A stretch of 57,841 nucleotides of DNA from a virus (lineage: Duplodnaviria > Caudoviricetes), in the IMG/VR virus record IMGVR_UViG_3300023213_000324, positions 1 to 57,841 of that record; one strand, 5' to 3'. This document shows positions 9,361 to 17,978 of this stretch, piece by piece. The position numbers were made by a program, and so were the translations under genes. The stretch's first letter is position 1. Every line of letters begins with the position of its first letter. The notes under the pieces are model-generated. The model was not told the origin of the DNA and searched no databases. It worked only from the letters and a program-made list of their open reading frames with translations.

Positions 9361-10023
9361 ATGGGCATCAGTTGCTTCATGATCGAACATGCTGGAAAAA
9401 CACAAAGGAGTCTGCGTCGGTATGTCTCGTCTGCTGATATGACTGAAGGAAAATGTTCGGTGTCAATGCATGGCTATCATCAGACGATGGTCGACTTGGA
9501 TGTAGTTCCTGAAATATGGGGTGTTTTGCCTGGTCATGATTTTGAATGTTGGCACAATACCGCACCCGAGGTACCACATACTGACGATAGATGGAACAAT
9601 GTTTGTGCCTGTGGTTATGTTTTTACTGAACAAGATCAGTGGCAGATTTTCACTGATTCAATTTATCGTCGTACCGATAATGGTTTGGAATATACTCTGC
9701 GTAGTGCACCTGCTGGTGCAATGTGGTGGGCTACTTGGATGCCGAAGAATATGTATTGGGATGACAAGACTGACGATCATCTTGTAGTTCGTTTGCCGGA
9801 TGGAACGGACTGGGATATCGATAGTCGTTGTAACAATTGTCCGTGGCCAGGAAATAGACAGCATCGTTGTTGGGGTAGAAGTGGTTAGCCACCAATGGTT
9901 AGTGCTGGAAAAATAGGAAACACTTGTCCTGCTGGTGGGGGTTCTATAAAATCACCACGTTACCACGGCTTCTTGACCAACGGCGAACTGGTGGCTACGA
10001 GCGATTCGGAGACGGGAACATGA
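9361..10023 (+). pseudogene. Conserved phage hypothetical protein (DUF6527-like C-terminus) interrupted by in-frame TAG at 9886-9888
   Basis: Frame continues PPMVSAGKIGNTCPAGGGSIKSPRYHGFLTNGEL to TGA 10021-10023, which overlaps the next ATG. Confidence 0.65.
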
Positions 10024-10265
10024 CGTTACTTGAATATATTGCCGCTGCTGAGTTACAAGCTCGTGATGTTTCGATAAAAGAAAGAAAAAGCCTGGCGAAA
10101 GAAGGTAACGCTTTACCTCATGGCGGTTTTCCGATTGCCAATAAACACGACCTGAAAAACGCACAGCGAGCTATAGGTCGTGCAAAGAATCCTAATGCTG
10201 CAAGGAGACTGATTCGTAAGAGGGCCAAGGAACTTCACGTCAAATTGTCCGAAGCTTGGAGGTAG
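10020..10265 (+). CDS. DUF6582-like head-associated domain protein
   Basis: ALPHGGFPIANKHDLKNAQRAIGRA...IRKRAKEL motif. Confidence 0.65.
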   Translation: MTLLEYIAAAELQARDVSIKERKSLAKEGNALPHGGFPIANKHDLKNAQRAIGRAKNPNAARRLIRKRAKELHVKLSEAWR

Positions 10266-10441
10266 AGTTGTGTTTGTATATTTTGTTGACATAGAATTTC
10301 GTGGCGGTGATCTTGGTTTTTTCCGGGTTGTGTCGGATCATATCTTGTCCGACGCTGAAATTGTTAGTAAGACAGACGAGCTCTTTCAGACGTATGGTGC
10401 TGGTACGGTTCGTCGTTTTAGCTGTGAGGCTTAAGAAAATC

Positions 10442-10876
10442 ATGCTTAAGAAAATATTTTTTCTGTTGCTTTTAGCTTCACCTGTTGTGGCTCAACAGCG
10501 GGAGTTGCCTGAAAATCCTGTTCCTAAAATTGAACGGGAACAGAAAGTTGTTGATAAGCATTTCTGGATTGTGACTAGTGTCGCTTTGGCTTCCAATGCT
10601 GCGCCTTTGTTTGGTGGTGTTCATTGTCGGGATGTAAACGGTGTTGAACCTTGTACTGCGCACTATGGGGCTTTCTATCAGACGTGGGCTTGGACTGCCG
10701 GCATTTCTGCTTTTGCTGGAACTGGATTGTATCATATGTGTCGAAAAGAGACACACAATAGCTTGAAGTGCGATTTGATACAGCACACGATTACGTCTGT
10801 CAATATCGGGTGGGGCGTACATGAATGGACTATCCGTGACAAGAAAGAAGTAGTTCATGGTTTGAAGAGGCATTGA
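10442..10876 (+). CDS. Secreted/membrane hypothetical protein
   Basis: Signal peptide MLKKIFFLLLLASPVVA; LPENP...VVDKHFW motif. Confidence 0.6.
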   Translation: MLKKIFFLLLLASPVVAQQRELPENPVPKIEREQKVVDKHFWIVTSVALASNAAPLFGGVHCRDVNGVEPCTAHYGAFYQTWAWTAGISAFAGTGLYHMCRKETHNSLKCDLIQHTITSVNIGWGVHEWTIRDKKEVVHGLKRH

Positions 10877-10877
10877 G

Positions 10878-11042
10878 ATGGATGAAGTCGTAAAAAAAGA
10901 AACTCGTCGGCATCATTTCCATCTTCGTTGCGTGAGATGTAAGAAGCCTTTGATGGAAGAGAAAATAGACGAAGAGACGTGGTGGCTTATTACGAAATGC
11001 GAATGTGGTGGTCAGCTTTGGGAGCATGACGACGACAAATGA
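10878..11042 (+). CDS. Small Zn-ribbon protein (54 aa)
   Basis: Manual translation ...LRCVRCKKPL...KCECGGQLW; stop overlaps next ATG. Confidence 0.55.
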   Translation: MDEVVKKETRRHHFHLRCVRCKKPLMEEKIDEETWWLITKCECGGQLWEHDDDK

Positions 11043-12094
11043 AACTGCGTGACTACATAGACGTAAGAGCACAAGCCATAGAAGAGAGTGTACTTGCTCC
11101 TGTGCGTCTTGACGATACGCCTGCGCCGAGTATCAAGGGCCCTGCTAGAGAGCCAAGAAACTGGTGGGCTTTGGGTTGTACGTCGATTGCTAGGGCTTTG
11201 GCAGAAAATCCTTTAAAGAATCCTGTCAATCCAAACGACTGGCTGTTAAGACAGAAGCCAGAGAACGTCGTCGTACAAGCCGGCGGACCGGGTAGTGGTC
11301 GTCACAAAGAACTGTTTAAGCAGGCTGGCGTTGAGATGCCGATAATTAATTACGTCGTCAATCATAAGAGTCAATATGAAAGCCAAAGAAATGTTGAGTT
11401 CAACACTTCACACGGAACGTTTTTTCAGCGTGGGGATTCAGTAAAAGACGCTAAAGAAAAGTTCCTGTCTTGGTATCTTGAGAAGGAGTTGAGGAAGAGA
11501 ACTGTACAAGCAGGTGGCCCCGGATCGGGATGTCATGGCGACAACTGTGGTCGTCCTGCAGGCCCGGGTCATCAGTTGTCTTGGAAAGAAAGTACGTTGA
11601 GAAAGGAGGGCTTGAAGAAAAGTAGAAAGACCGGAATCGTCACTATTCCCCTGCAAGCGACGCCGAGGAGCCAAGTTAAGACGGTACATCAGTCACCTTC
11701 GGGTTACAAAATAACCGAGCTGAAGACACCTAGACGTGGTAGACCTACGGGCACTACGGGTATACAACAAAGTATACTGAACAGGGAAAGTCCTTTGAAG
11801 GGTAGCTTCGTCAAGGAACAAGAAAACGTTAAAGGTACGGGGTGGAAAGGCGTTGCTACCATTTGGACTGCAAAAAGAGGTGCTACTGAAGGCGCTGGTA
11901 CTTCCGTCATGGCTTTGCGAGACATTGGTAAGATGGCTGTAACTGTCATGGAAGTGAGAACTGAACGGTATGCTGAAATAGGCCAGACGCGTGTCATCCG
12001 TTTCAACAATTTTGGGCAAGCCGCGGGATTCCTGAAATCCCGTTACGGCGTTTCGTGGAAGCTGCCACCGAAAGGAGCGTTTAATGAAGCTTAG
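11039..12094 (+). CDS. GGPGSG-motif putative head protein
   Basis: Two VQAGGPGSG motifs. Confidence 0.7.
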   Translation: MKLRDYIDVRAQAIEESVLAPVRLDDTPAPSIKGPAREPRNWWALGCTSIARALAENPLKNPVNPNDWLLRQKPENVVVQAGGPGSGRHKELFKQAGVEMPIINYVVNHKSQYESQRNVEFNTSHGTFFQRGDSVKDAKEKFLSWYLEKELRKRTVQAGGPGSGCHGDNCGRPAGPGHQLSWKESTLRKEGLKKSRKTGIVTIPLQATPRSQVKTVHQSPSGYKITELKTPRRGRPTGTTGIQQSILNRESPLKGSFVKEQENVKGTGWKGVATIWTAKRGATEGAGTSVMALRDIGKMAVTVMEVRTERYAEIGQTRVIRFNNFGQAAGFLKSRYGVSWKLPPKGAFNEA

Positions 12095-12362
12095 TGGTAC
12101 GATTGAACTATATGCTGGTGGTCCAGGAAGTGGTCGTCATCCCGAAGGTGGTCCACATAAAGAGATGCACGAAAAATTGATGAGTGCTGGATTCAAATTT
12201 GATCGTATATCTAATAGAGGTTTTGGAGCAGGTAGCTACACTCCTAGGCCAACGGGTATATACAATCATCCAAGTACTGGAATGTCTGTTTATACTAGGA
12301 AGAATGGAGACTGGACTGGTTTTGGGGGTGGTAAGTCTCATATGTATGAGTGGGAATTATAA
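12084..12362 (+). CDS. GGPGSG-motif small protein
   Basis: MKLSGTIELYAGGPGSGRHPEGG. Confidence 0.7.
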   Translation: MKLSGTIELYAGGPGSGRHPEGGPHKEMHEKLMSAGFKFDRISNRGFGAGSYTPRPTGIYNHPSTGMSVYTRKNGDWTGFGGGKSHMYEWEL

Positions 12363-12404
12363 TGCTCAGCCGGAAAGTTTTATGTCTCATATTCGGAGTT
12401 AGCA

Positions 12405-12608
12405 ATGAGTCTATCTCTTACTGACGCAATAACGCATTTGTCGCCAAGAGAGCTGGAGTATGTCACTGAACATGCTTTGGCTGATGGTGGGCCGTTCACT
12501 ATCGAATCCGTCGAAGAGATTCCACAGCGTGCAATGAAAGTTGTTGTAGTCAGGTACAGGACACAAAGACAGATTGAAATAGAAGTACCATCGTGGCAGT
12601 TGAGATAA
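12405..12608 (+). CDS. Hypothetical protein
   Basis: GGAG RBS; 67 aa. Confidence 0.55.
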   Translation: MSLSLTDAITHLSPRELEYVTEHALADGGPFTIESVEEIPQRAMKVVVVRYRTQRQIEIEVPSWQLR

Positions 12609-12619
12609 GGAGAAAATAG

Positions 12620-13072
12620 ATGCCTTTGAACGAAGAAGAAAAACAGTGGTTGTCTGTAATGCGTGATGCTGCAAACGCCGCAGGTCATATCTATCCCGAC
12701 ATGGCTGCGTGTGAAGCTGCTCTTGAATCGCGATTTGGAAAGTCAGGTCTTGCTGTTGAAGCAAAAAATCTGTTCGGCATGAAACAGCATAAGCATCCTG
12801 AATATGGAACACTGAGTTTACCAACGAAAGAATTTGAACACGGTGAGTGGGTAGCAACGACAGCCGAGTGGGTGGAGTATCCCGATTTCCCGTCGTGCTT
12901 TGAAGACAGGATGGCGACTTTGAAAAGACTATCGTCATACTATTCTGAATACGCCGACGCACTTGAAGCTGTTAGTGTGACGGAGTATATCGTTGACGTT
13001 AGTAAGAAGTGGAGTACTGATCCTAATCGTGCGCGGAAGGTGCAAGACATCTGGAATGAGTGGAATTCTTAG
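12620..13072 (+). CDS. GH73/FlgJ-type peptidoglycan hydrolase (endolysin candidate)
   Basis: AACEAALESRFG...NLFGMK...TKE...WSTDPN matches glucosaminidase motifs. Confidence 0.88.
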   Translation: MPLNEEEKQWLSVMRDAANAAGHIYPDMAACEAALESRFGKSGLAVEAKNLFGMKQHKHPEYGTLSLPTKEFEHGEWVATTAEWVEYPDFPSCFEDRMATLKRLSSYYSEYADALEAVSVTEYIVDVSKKWSTDPNRARKVQDIWNEWNS

Positions 13073-13087
13073 CAGGAGAAAGAAAAA

Positions 13088-13879
13088 ATGAACCTAACAC
13101 AAGCCGTAGAATTTGCCGACATTCGTCGTGGTCAGCGACCGGTTCCTACGGGCCAGAAGACCGCCTTGGAAGTTGCCGAGTATGTCTTTCAACAAGGCGA
13201 AATCAAACACAACCCGTTTCTGTATATGGAACCTGAAGACTGGCAGAAGAAGTGGCTTCATTCGAAAAGTTTCAGGCTTGTGGAATTGCCTATTGCTGCT
13301 GCTGCTCTTTCCACTATTCCGCGTGATCAGAATTGGGTGCTTACGAGAATTCATGCCCGAGCCGACCATCCTGTCGTGGTTGACTTGAACAAAAACAAAG
13401 TCGGAAAGCATTCTGTAGGTTATGTGCCTCCGATTGTCGTACTGGACGGGAAGCACAGGTTCAAGGCCGCATCACTGAGAGGCGACAGTCATATTTTGGC
13501 GTGGGTTGGTGAAGATGCCTTGAAAGCTATTGAGGCTAGTAAAACAAAGTATAAGCCAAAGGAAGCCATCGGTATTGAAGCAGCGACTGAATTTGAAAAC
13601 CAGACGAAGTTGTACGCAGGTGGCCCGGGAAGTGGCCGTCATCCTGAAGGTGGTCTTTCTAGACATGATGTATTATCTAGTAGTGGATGGAAGCGTGATA
13701 GAGGCAGAGGAGCAAACACATACACCCATTCTGACAAACCCGGACATGAAGTAAAATTGAGTGGTAGTGGTAGATGGTCGCATTTTATCTGGAATGATGA
13801 TAAGTACAGGACTGCTGGTAGTGGTAATGGTGGAGCTTCATTAGCAGGGCATCTGAATAAATACGAGACAAGAATATGA
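13088..13879 (+). CDS. ParB/Srx-like domain protein with GGPGSG motif
   Basis: IVVLDGKHRFKAASLRG (ParB-N); LYAGGPGSGRHPEGG. Confidence 0.75.
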   Translation: MNLTQAVEFADIRRGQRPVPTGQKTALEVAEYVFQQGEIKHNPFLYMEPEDWQKKWLHSKSFRLVELPIAAAALSTIPRDQNWVLTRIHARADHPVVVDLNKNKVGKHSVGYVPPIVVLDGKHRFKAASLRGDSHILAWVGEDALKAIEASKTKYKPKEAIGIEAATEFENQTKLYAGGPGSGRHPEGGLSRHDVLSSSGWKRDRGRGANTYTHSDKPGHEVKLSGSGRWSHFIWNDDKYRTAGSGNGGASLAGHLNKYETRI

Positions 13880-14052
13880 AACTCATTCGTACTTTGAATG
13901 TCAAAAAAGTTCTACCGAATTTGAAACAGATAGATTCTGTAGCACCTCCGGGCCGTGAAGACCAGGTGAAAGCTTTGAAAAAGAAAGTCGGCGTACCTGC
14001 TGCCTACAAAATCGCTTGGAGCCAGCATAACGATTCAAAAGGGAAAAAATGA
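13876..14052 (+). CDS. Small basic protein (58 aa)
   Basis: Manual translation MKLIRTLNV...APPGREDQVKALKKK...AYKIAWSQHN; ATGA overlaps at both ends. Confidence 0.6.
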   Translation: MKLIRTLNVKKVLPNLKQIDSVAPPGREDQVKALKKKVGVPAAYKIAWSQHNDSKGKK

Positions 14053-14615
14053 AAACCACATTAGCGTTTCTGATGCTGCTTTTACTGCCGGGGCTTTCTT
14101 TGGGACAGTCCTGTGGTAAAGAACGCTGGCCGGTGAAAACTCTGCACGATTTGGATGCTGCTGATGTCATCAAGACGAAGCCCATACTGACTACTATCTC
14201 CCAGCTTATGGTTAAGACGGCACCACCACGGTCAGTGCTGGAAAAAGCCGAAACAAAAAGATATCCTGATGAGATGAAAGTGTATGAGTTACATGTTCTA
14301 GTTGTTGGTTACAAGAAAGAAGCTGATAGTGATTTTCATATCGTCATTTCTGATTCAAGGAATAGGGCTGTGACGATGATTGTCGAGATTCCTTCTGGTA
14401 ATTGCACTGGTAGAATCTATCAAAAGATGTTCAATGACTTGCAGTCTGAATTCGCAAAAGAGTTTTCTAAGCCTGGCAAATACAAAAAACTTAAGACGCC
14501 TGTGGCTGTAGATGTCGTTGGTGTTGGGTTTTTTGATTTCATTCATGGCCAGACAGGCGTGGCGAAGAATGGTTTTGAATTGCATCCTGTGTTGAGTTTA
14601 AAGAAGGAGAACTAA
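14049..14615 (+). CDS. Secreted conserved hypothetical (OB-fold-like) protein
   Basis: Signal peptide; CG.ERWPVKT, EADSDFHIVI, GFFDFIHGQ, ELHPV motifs. Confidence 0.7.
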   Translation: MKTTLAFLMLLLLPGLSLGQSCGKERWPVKTLHDLDAADVIKTKPILTTISQLMVKTAPPRSVLEKAETKRYPDEMKVYELHVLVVGYKKEADSDFHIVISDSRNRAVTMIVEIPSGNCTGRIYQKMFNDLQSEFAKEFSKPGKYKKLKTPVAVDVVGVGFFDFIHGQTGVAKNGFELHPVLSLKKEN

Positions 14616-14618
14616 AAA

Positions 14619-15173
14619 ATGAGGATAGGCCAACTAGTCGAACAAGAGAAGTTTCGTACTGGTTGTTTTCATGTTGAAGCTGCTGTTGACAAGAAAAACA
14701 CCGGAACAACTAAAAAAGCTGCGTCTGCCAAACAGGCAGGCTCTAATAACGGCGTAAGGAACGCGCCAGGAGCCGGTTTGCCAAAAGGCAAGCCGCCTAT
14801 CTCCTCAAATCATCAGAAGCTGCATGGAATGGCTAGAACTCACGGTTTCAAGCATGTAGGTATGTCGGTTTATCAACATCCTTCTGCTGGTTTGACGCTT
14901 TCTGTAGGGCCACAGGGTTGGTCGCTTTCTGATGGTAGTTCAGGGGCTGATTGGCAGGACTTGCAGGCTCATCTGGAGAAGTCATTCGGTCTGCCGATGC
15001 AAGATCCGAACGCAGTTGATCCGAATACCGGTATGTCTATGAATCAGATGCAGCAGCCACAGCAGCAAAAGAAGCCTGGACAGAGCCAGTCGGGCTTTGG
15101 TGGTGGAAATGGTATGCAAGGGCCCAAGCAGAAGAATCCGAATCCGTTCCAGCAGTCTTTCATGGGGCATTAG
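14619..15173 (+). CDS. Low-complexity G/Q/P-rich hypothetical protein
   Basis: AAGGAG RBS; 184 aa. Confidence 0.65.
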   Translation: MRIGQLVEQEKFRTGCFHVEAAVDKKNTGTTKKAASAKQAGSNNGVRNAPGAGLPKGKPPISSNHQKLHGMARTHGFKHVGMSVYQHPSAGLTLSVGPQGWSLSDGSSGADWQDLQAHLEKSFGLPMQDPNAVDPNTGMSMNQMQQPQQQKKPGQSQSGFGGGNGMQGPKQKNPNPFQQSFMGH

Positions 15174-15223
15174 AGGGTAAGAGAAAAAGAGTTTGTAGTT
15201 GTTGGATAGAAAAGGAGAAAGCA

Positions 15224-15406
15224 ATGTCAAGACCTACCGCACCGAACGCAACACCGACTCCGTTGAAGAAGCCTGAGCCGACGAACAAAGACTGGAAGCA
15301 GAGTGGAACGACAGATGTCGGCGACGCTTTGTCTCACGACAAGAATGATGTCAGGAAGCCTGTTGATGGAGGAAATGGAACAAGTACTGACACGGGCCGC
15401 TCCTAA
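15224..15406 (+). CDS. Hypothetical protein
   Basis: AAGGAG RBS; 60 aa. Confidence 0.6.
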   Translation: MSRPTAPNATPTPLKKPEPTNKDWKQSGTTDVGDALSHDKNDVRKPVDGGNGTSTDTGRS

Positions 15407-15417
15407 TTTTGTAAAAT
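15407..15417 (+). promoter_or_regulatory. TTTTGTAAAAT promoter-like motif
   Basis: Recurrent intergenic motif directly after a stop codon. Confidence 0.55.
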
Positions 15418-15422
15418 AAAAA

Positions 15423-16313
15423 TTGGGAGGTGTTGTTGTGACAATAAAAGGGTTGAGGGAAGCTGTACAGAAGACCCTCGATGATCCTGTCATCCAGAAT
15501 CGCTCTGTTCTGGAAGCAAATATGATCATCGAGGGTATGTCGCGAACGAAAGCTGGAGTGTATGTTGACTGTGGATGCTGGGCTGGTTTACTTGCTAGAG
15601 ATGTTGTCAAACGAAGCTCGTCTGACAAGTCAGGTCCGGTGAAGTTTGCTTTACTAATCGACGGTGTAGAGTATTTCGTCCAGCGTGCCGAGGAGCTTAT
15701 CCAAAAAGCCGCCACTGGTGTCGTCACTAATTTCCTGACCGCACTGCTGGTTCCGGACACAACTTATGGAAGCTCGATGAGGTTGCATATTAGTGACACG
15801 TCCGCTGCTTCTGTTTTCGAAAATAGAAAAGACAGTGAGCTTATCATACCGAAACAGGTTCTGACTGCTGGAAAGTTGAAAGAAACAGTTTTGCCGTGGG
15901 ATCAGAAATCTGCTTACGTGAAATTGGATTTAGATGGATTGGACATTTCGTTTCTGAAAGCGCTTTTTAGAGCTGGCTATCGTCCTGCTGTTGTGCACTT
16001 TGAAGTTAAAGATGCTGAAGAGTACGACTCGTTTATGCCCGTTCTTGTTTTGAATGGTTATTATCCGCCATCTCTTCCCAAGGGAATAATGGAGCCTGAA
16101 GAAGAGACCAGCCCCAGCGATCCTGAAGTTGATAAGCAGTCTGTGCGTAAGCTCAAGAAACATGAATTCTGGTCTGTTGCTTGTGGTCCAGATTTCGCCT
16201 ATGTATTAGGCATCAATCCTGATGAAGTTTATGGGCCTATGTTGAGAGAGGAGCCTTTGTCGTGGCTGAAACTGAACGAACCACCATTGCCAGTACAAAA
16301 AGTGGGCCAATAG
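15423..16313 (+). CDS. FkbM-like SAM-dependent methyltransferase
   Basis: YVDCGCWAG motif I; YVKLDLDGLD FkbM-like motif. Confidence 0.6.
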   Translation: MGGVVVTIKGLREAVQKTLDDPVIQNRSVLEANMIIEGMSRTKAGVYVDCGCWAGLLARDVVKRSSSDKSGPVKFALLIDGVEYFVQRAEELIQKAATGVVTNFLTALLVPDTTYGSSMRLHISDTSAASVFENRKDSELIIPKQVLTAGKLKETVLPWDQKSAYVKLDLDGLDISFLKALFRAGYRPAVVHFEVKDAEEYDSFMPVLVLNGYYPPSLPKGIMEPEEETSPSDPEVDKQSVRKLKKHEFWSVACGPDFAYVLGINPDEVYGPMLREEPLSWLKLNEPPLPVQKVGQ

Positions 16314-16339
16314 AATTGGTGTTGATCCAAGGTGCTGCA

Positions 16340-16675
16340 ATGACTTTGCAGTTCAATTGTGAATGTCTTGATGCTTTGCCTTATTGTAAGGCGATGTGTT
16401 GTAGACTTCGTTCAGGCTTGAATGTTTTGCTTGACGTTGACGAAGTGCAAAAGTTCAAGTCAAGGCCATTCAAGGGTCATCATATCCTACAGAGTCAGCC
16501 GGAGACGGATGCTTGTGTGTATCTCTCAAGGGATTGTTTGTGCCAGACTCATTCTGACAAGCCGAGGATGTGTAAGGCGTGGCATTGTAGTCCGGGTGGT
16601 AAAGGTGAAGGAATAGAAGTACGCGATAGTGGTTGGTTTATGTCGCCAATGTTTGGGAACCAGCAGCAGATCTAG
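16340..16675 (+). CDS. YkgJ/UPF0153-type CxxCxxCC cluster protein
   Basis: CKAMCC...CVYL...C..H..KPRMCKAWHC. Confidence 0.75.
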   Translation: MTLQFNCECLDALPYCKAMCCRLRSGLNVLLDVDEVQKFKSRPFKGHHILQSQPETDACVYLSRDCLCQTHSDKPRMCKAWHCSPGGKGEGIEVRDSGWFMSPMFGNQQQI

Positions 16676-16677
16676 AA

Positions 16678-17163
16678 ATGAACCAGTTAGCGTCAATTGA
16701 ACTTCGATGTGGTGGCCCCGGCTCCGGTTGTACAGGTCCAAATTGTGGACGTAAATCCAGTAGTAGTAAGATGTATCATGCGACGACTATGGATAGGATT
16801 CCAAGAATTCTTAAAAAAGGGTTACGTACTGGAGAAAGAGAGCAGTATCCGATGTCCGATAAGAATGTTGTGTATTTAGTAAGGAGTAAGAAAGAAGCAG
16901 AATTGTACGGAGCGTTGTTCTCACAGTATAGTGGTAAGTTCAGGGGGAAAGAAGATAATTATTCCCCGATTTTTGATTTTAGCAAGAAACGAGATTTTGC
17001 TGTTGTTCAAGTGCCAGTTCCAGAGCACAAACTTAGTAAAGATTTGGCACCAATACAACGTACTGGAAGCGAAACGAAGCATATCGGAAATATTCCAGTT
17101 AAAAATTTGGAAAAAGTTTTTTACTATAGGAATGGGAAATTTGATAGAGTAGAGAGCCTGTGA
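16678..17163 (+). CDS. Putative ADP-ribosyltransferase-fold protein with GGPGSG leader
   Basis: MYHATT...ILKKGLR...VVYL ... HIGNIP pattern of Tpt1/KptA-like ART folds. Confidence 0.6.
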   Translation: MNQLASIELRCGGPGSGCTGPNCGRKSSSSKMYHATTMDRIPRILKKGLRTGEREQYPMSDKNVVYLVRSKKEAELYGALFSQYSGKFRGKEDNYSPIFDFSKKRDFAVVQVPVPEHKLSKDLAPIQRTGSETKHIGNIPVKNLEKVFYYRNGKFDRVESL

Positions 17164-17188
17164 AAACTTGAAAGGTAGAACTAGACAG

Positions 17189-17956
17189 ATGGAAAAGAAA
17201 ATCAAAGGCGTCGTTTTAGCCGGTGGTTTAGGTACCAGACTGAGACCATTGACAGATGTTCTGAACAAGCATCTATTGCCGGTGTTTGATCAGCCGATGG
17301 TTTTTTATCCTTTACAGATGTTGGCTGCCGCAGGAATAAAAGAAGTAATGTTGGTTGTTGGAGGACAGTCAACCGGTGATTTCTTGAAGCTTCTCAAAAA
17401 CGGGCGACAGTTTGGTTTTGACTCGTTGTATTATGCCTACCAAGAAGGTGAAGGTGGGATTGCTCATGCTCTCTCCCTTGCGAAGTCGTTTGTTGGCGAC
17501 GATGATTGTTGCGTGGTGCTTGGCGACAATATTTTGGGCGAAGGCCTATCGCCTTTTGTCAAGGATTTTCTAGACCAAAGAATCGACGGTGAAGAACATG
17601 GTGGTGCTAGAGTCCTTCTTACCAGTGTGAAAGACCCGAGACAGTATGGTGTACCGAATATTAGTTTCGATCATAGAATTTTGGCTATAGAAGAAAAGCC
17701 CTCGAATCCAAAAACCAATTTTGCTGTTATCGGTGTGTATTTCTACGACAACACTCTGTGGTCGAAAATAGAAAAGCTTACGCCATCTGAAAGAGGTGAA
17801 CTGGAAATAACCGACGTGAACAATATGTATGCCATTAGTGGACAGTTGTTTTATTCGGTACTGAAAGACTGGTGGGTAGACGCTGGTGCTTCATTACACG
17901 CTTTGCATGTGGCTAGTTCTACTGTATGTACTAGAAAACTGTTTGCATCAAAGTAA
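17189..17956 (+). CDS. rmlA: Glucose-1-phosphate thymidylyltransferase
   Basis: GVVLAGGLGTRLRPLT...NKHLLPV...LGDN...EEKP...PSERGELEITDVN. Confidence 0.93.
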   Translation: MEKKIKGVVLAGGLGTRLRPLTDVLNKHLLPVFDQPMVFYPLQMLAAAGIKEVMLVVGGQSTGDFLKLLKNGRQFGFDSLYYAYQEGEGGIAHALSLAKSFVGDDDCCVVLGDNILGEGLSPFVKDFLDQRIDGEEHGGARVLLTSVKDPRQYGVPNISFDHRILAIEEKPSNPKTNFAVIGVYFYDNTLWSKIEKLTPSERGELEITDVNNMYAISGQLFYSVLKDWWVDAGASLHALHVASSTVCTRKLFASK

Positions 17957-17978
17957 AGAATCCTGAGAGGATTAGACT

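Noticed and set aside
9886-9888. Genome-wide TAG recoding (code 15)
   Set aside because: Many genes end in TAG with correct downstream spacing (e.g. 4980, 7984, 47743, 52265), and long ORFs are intact under the standard code
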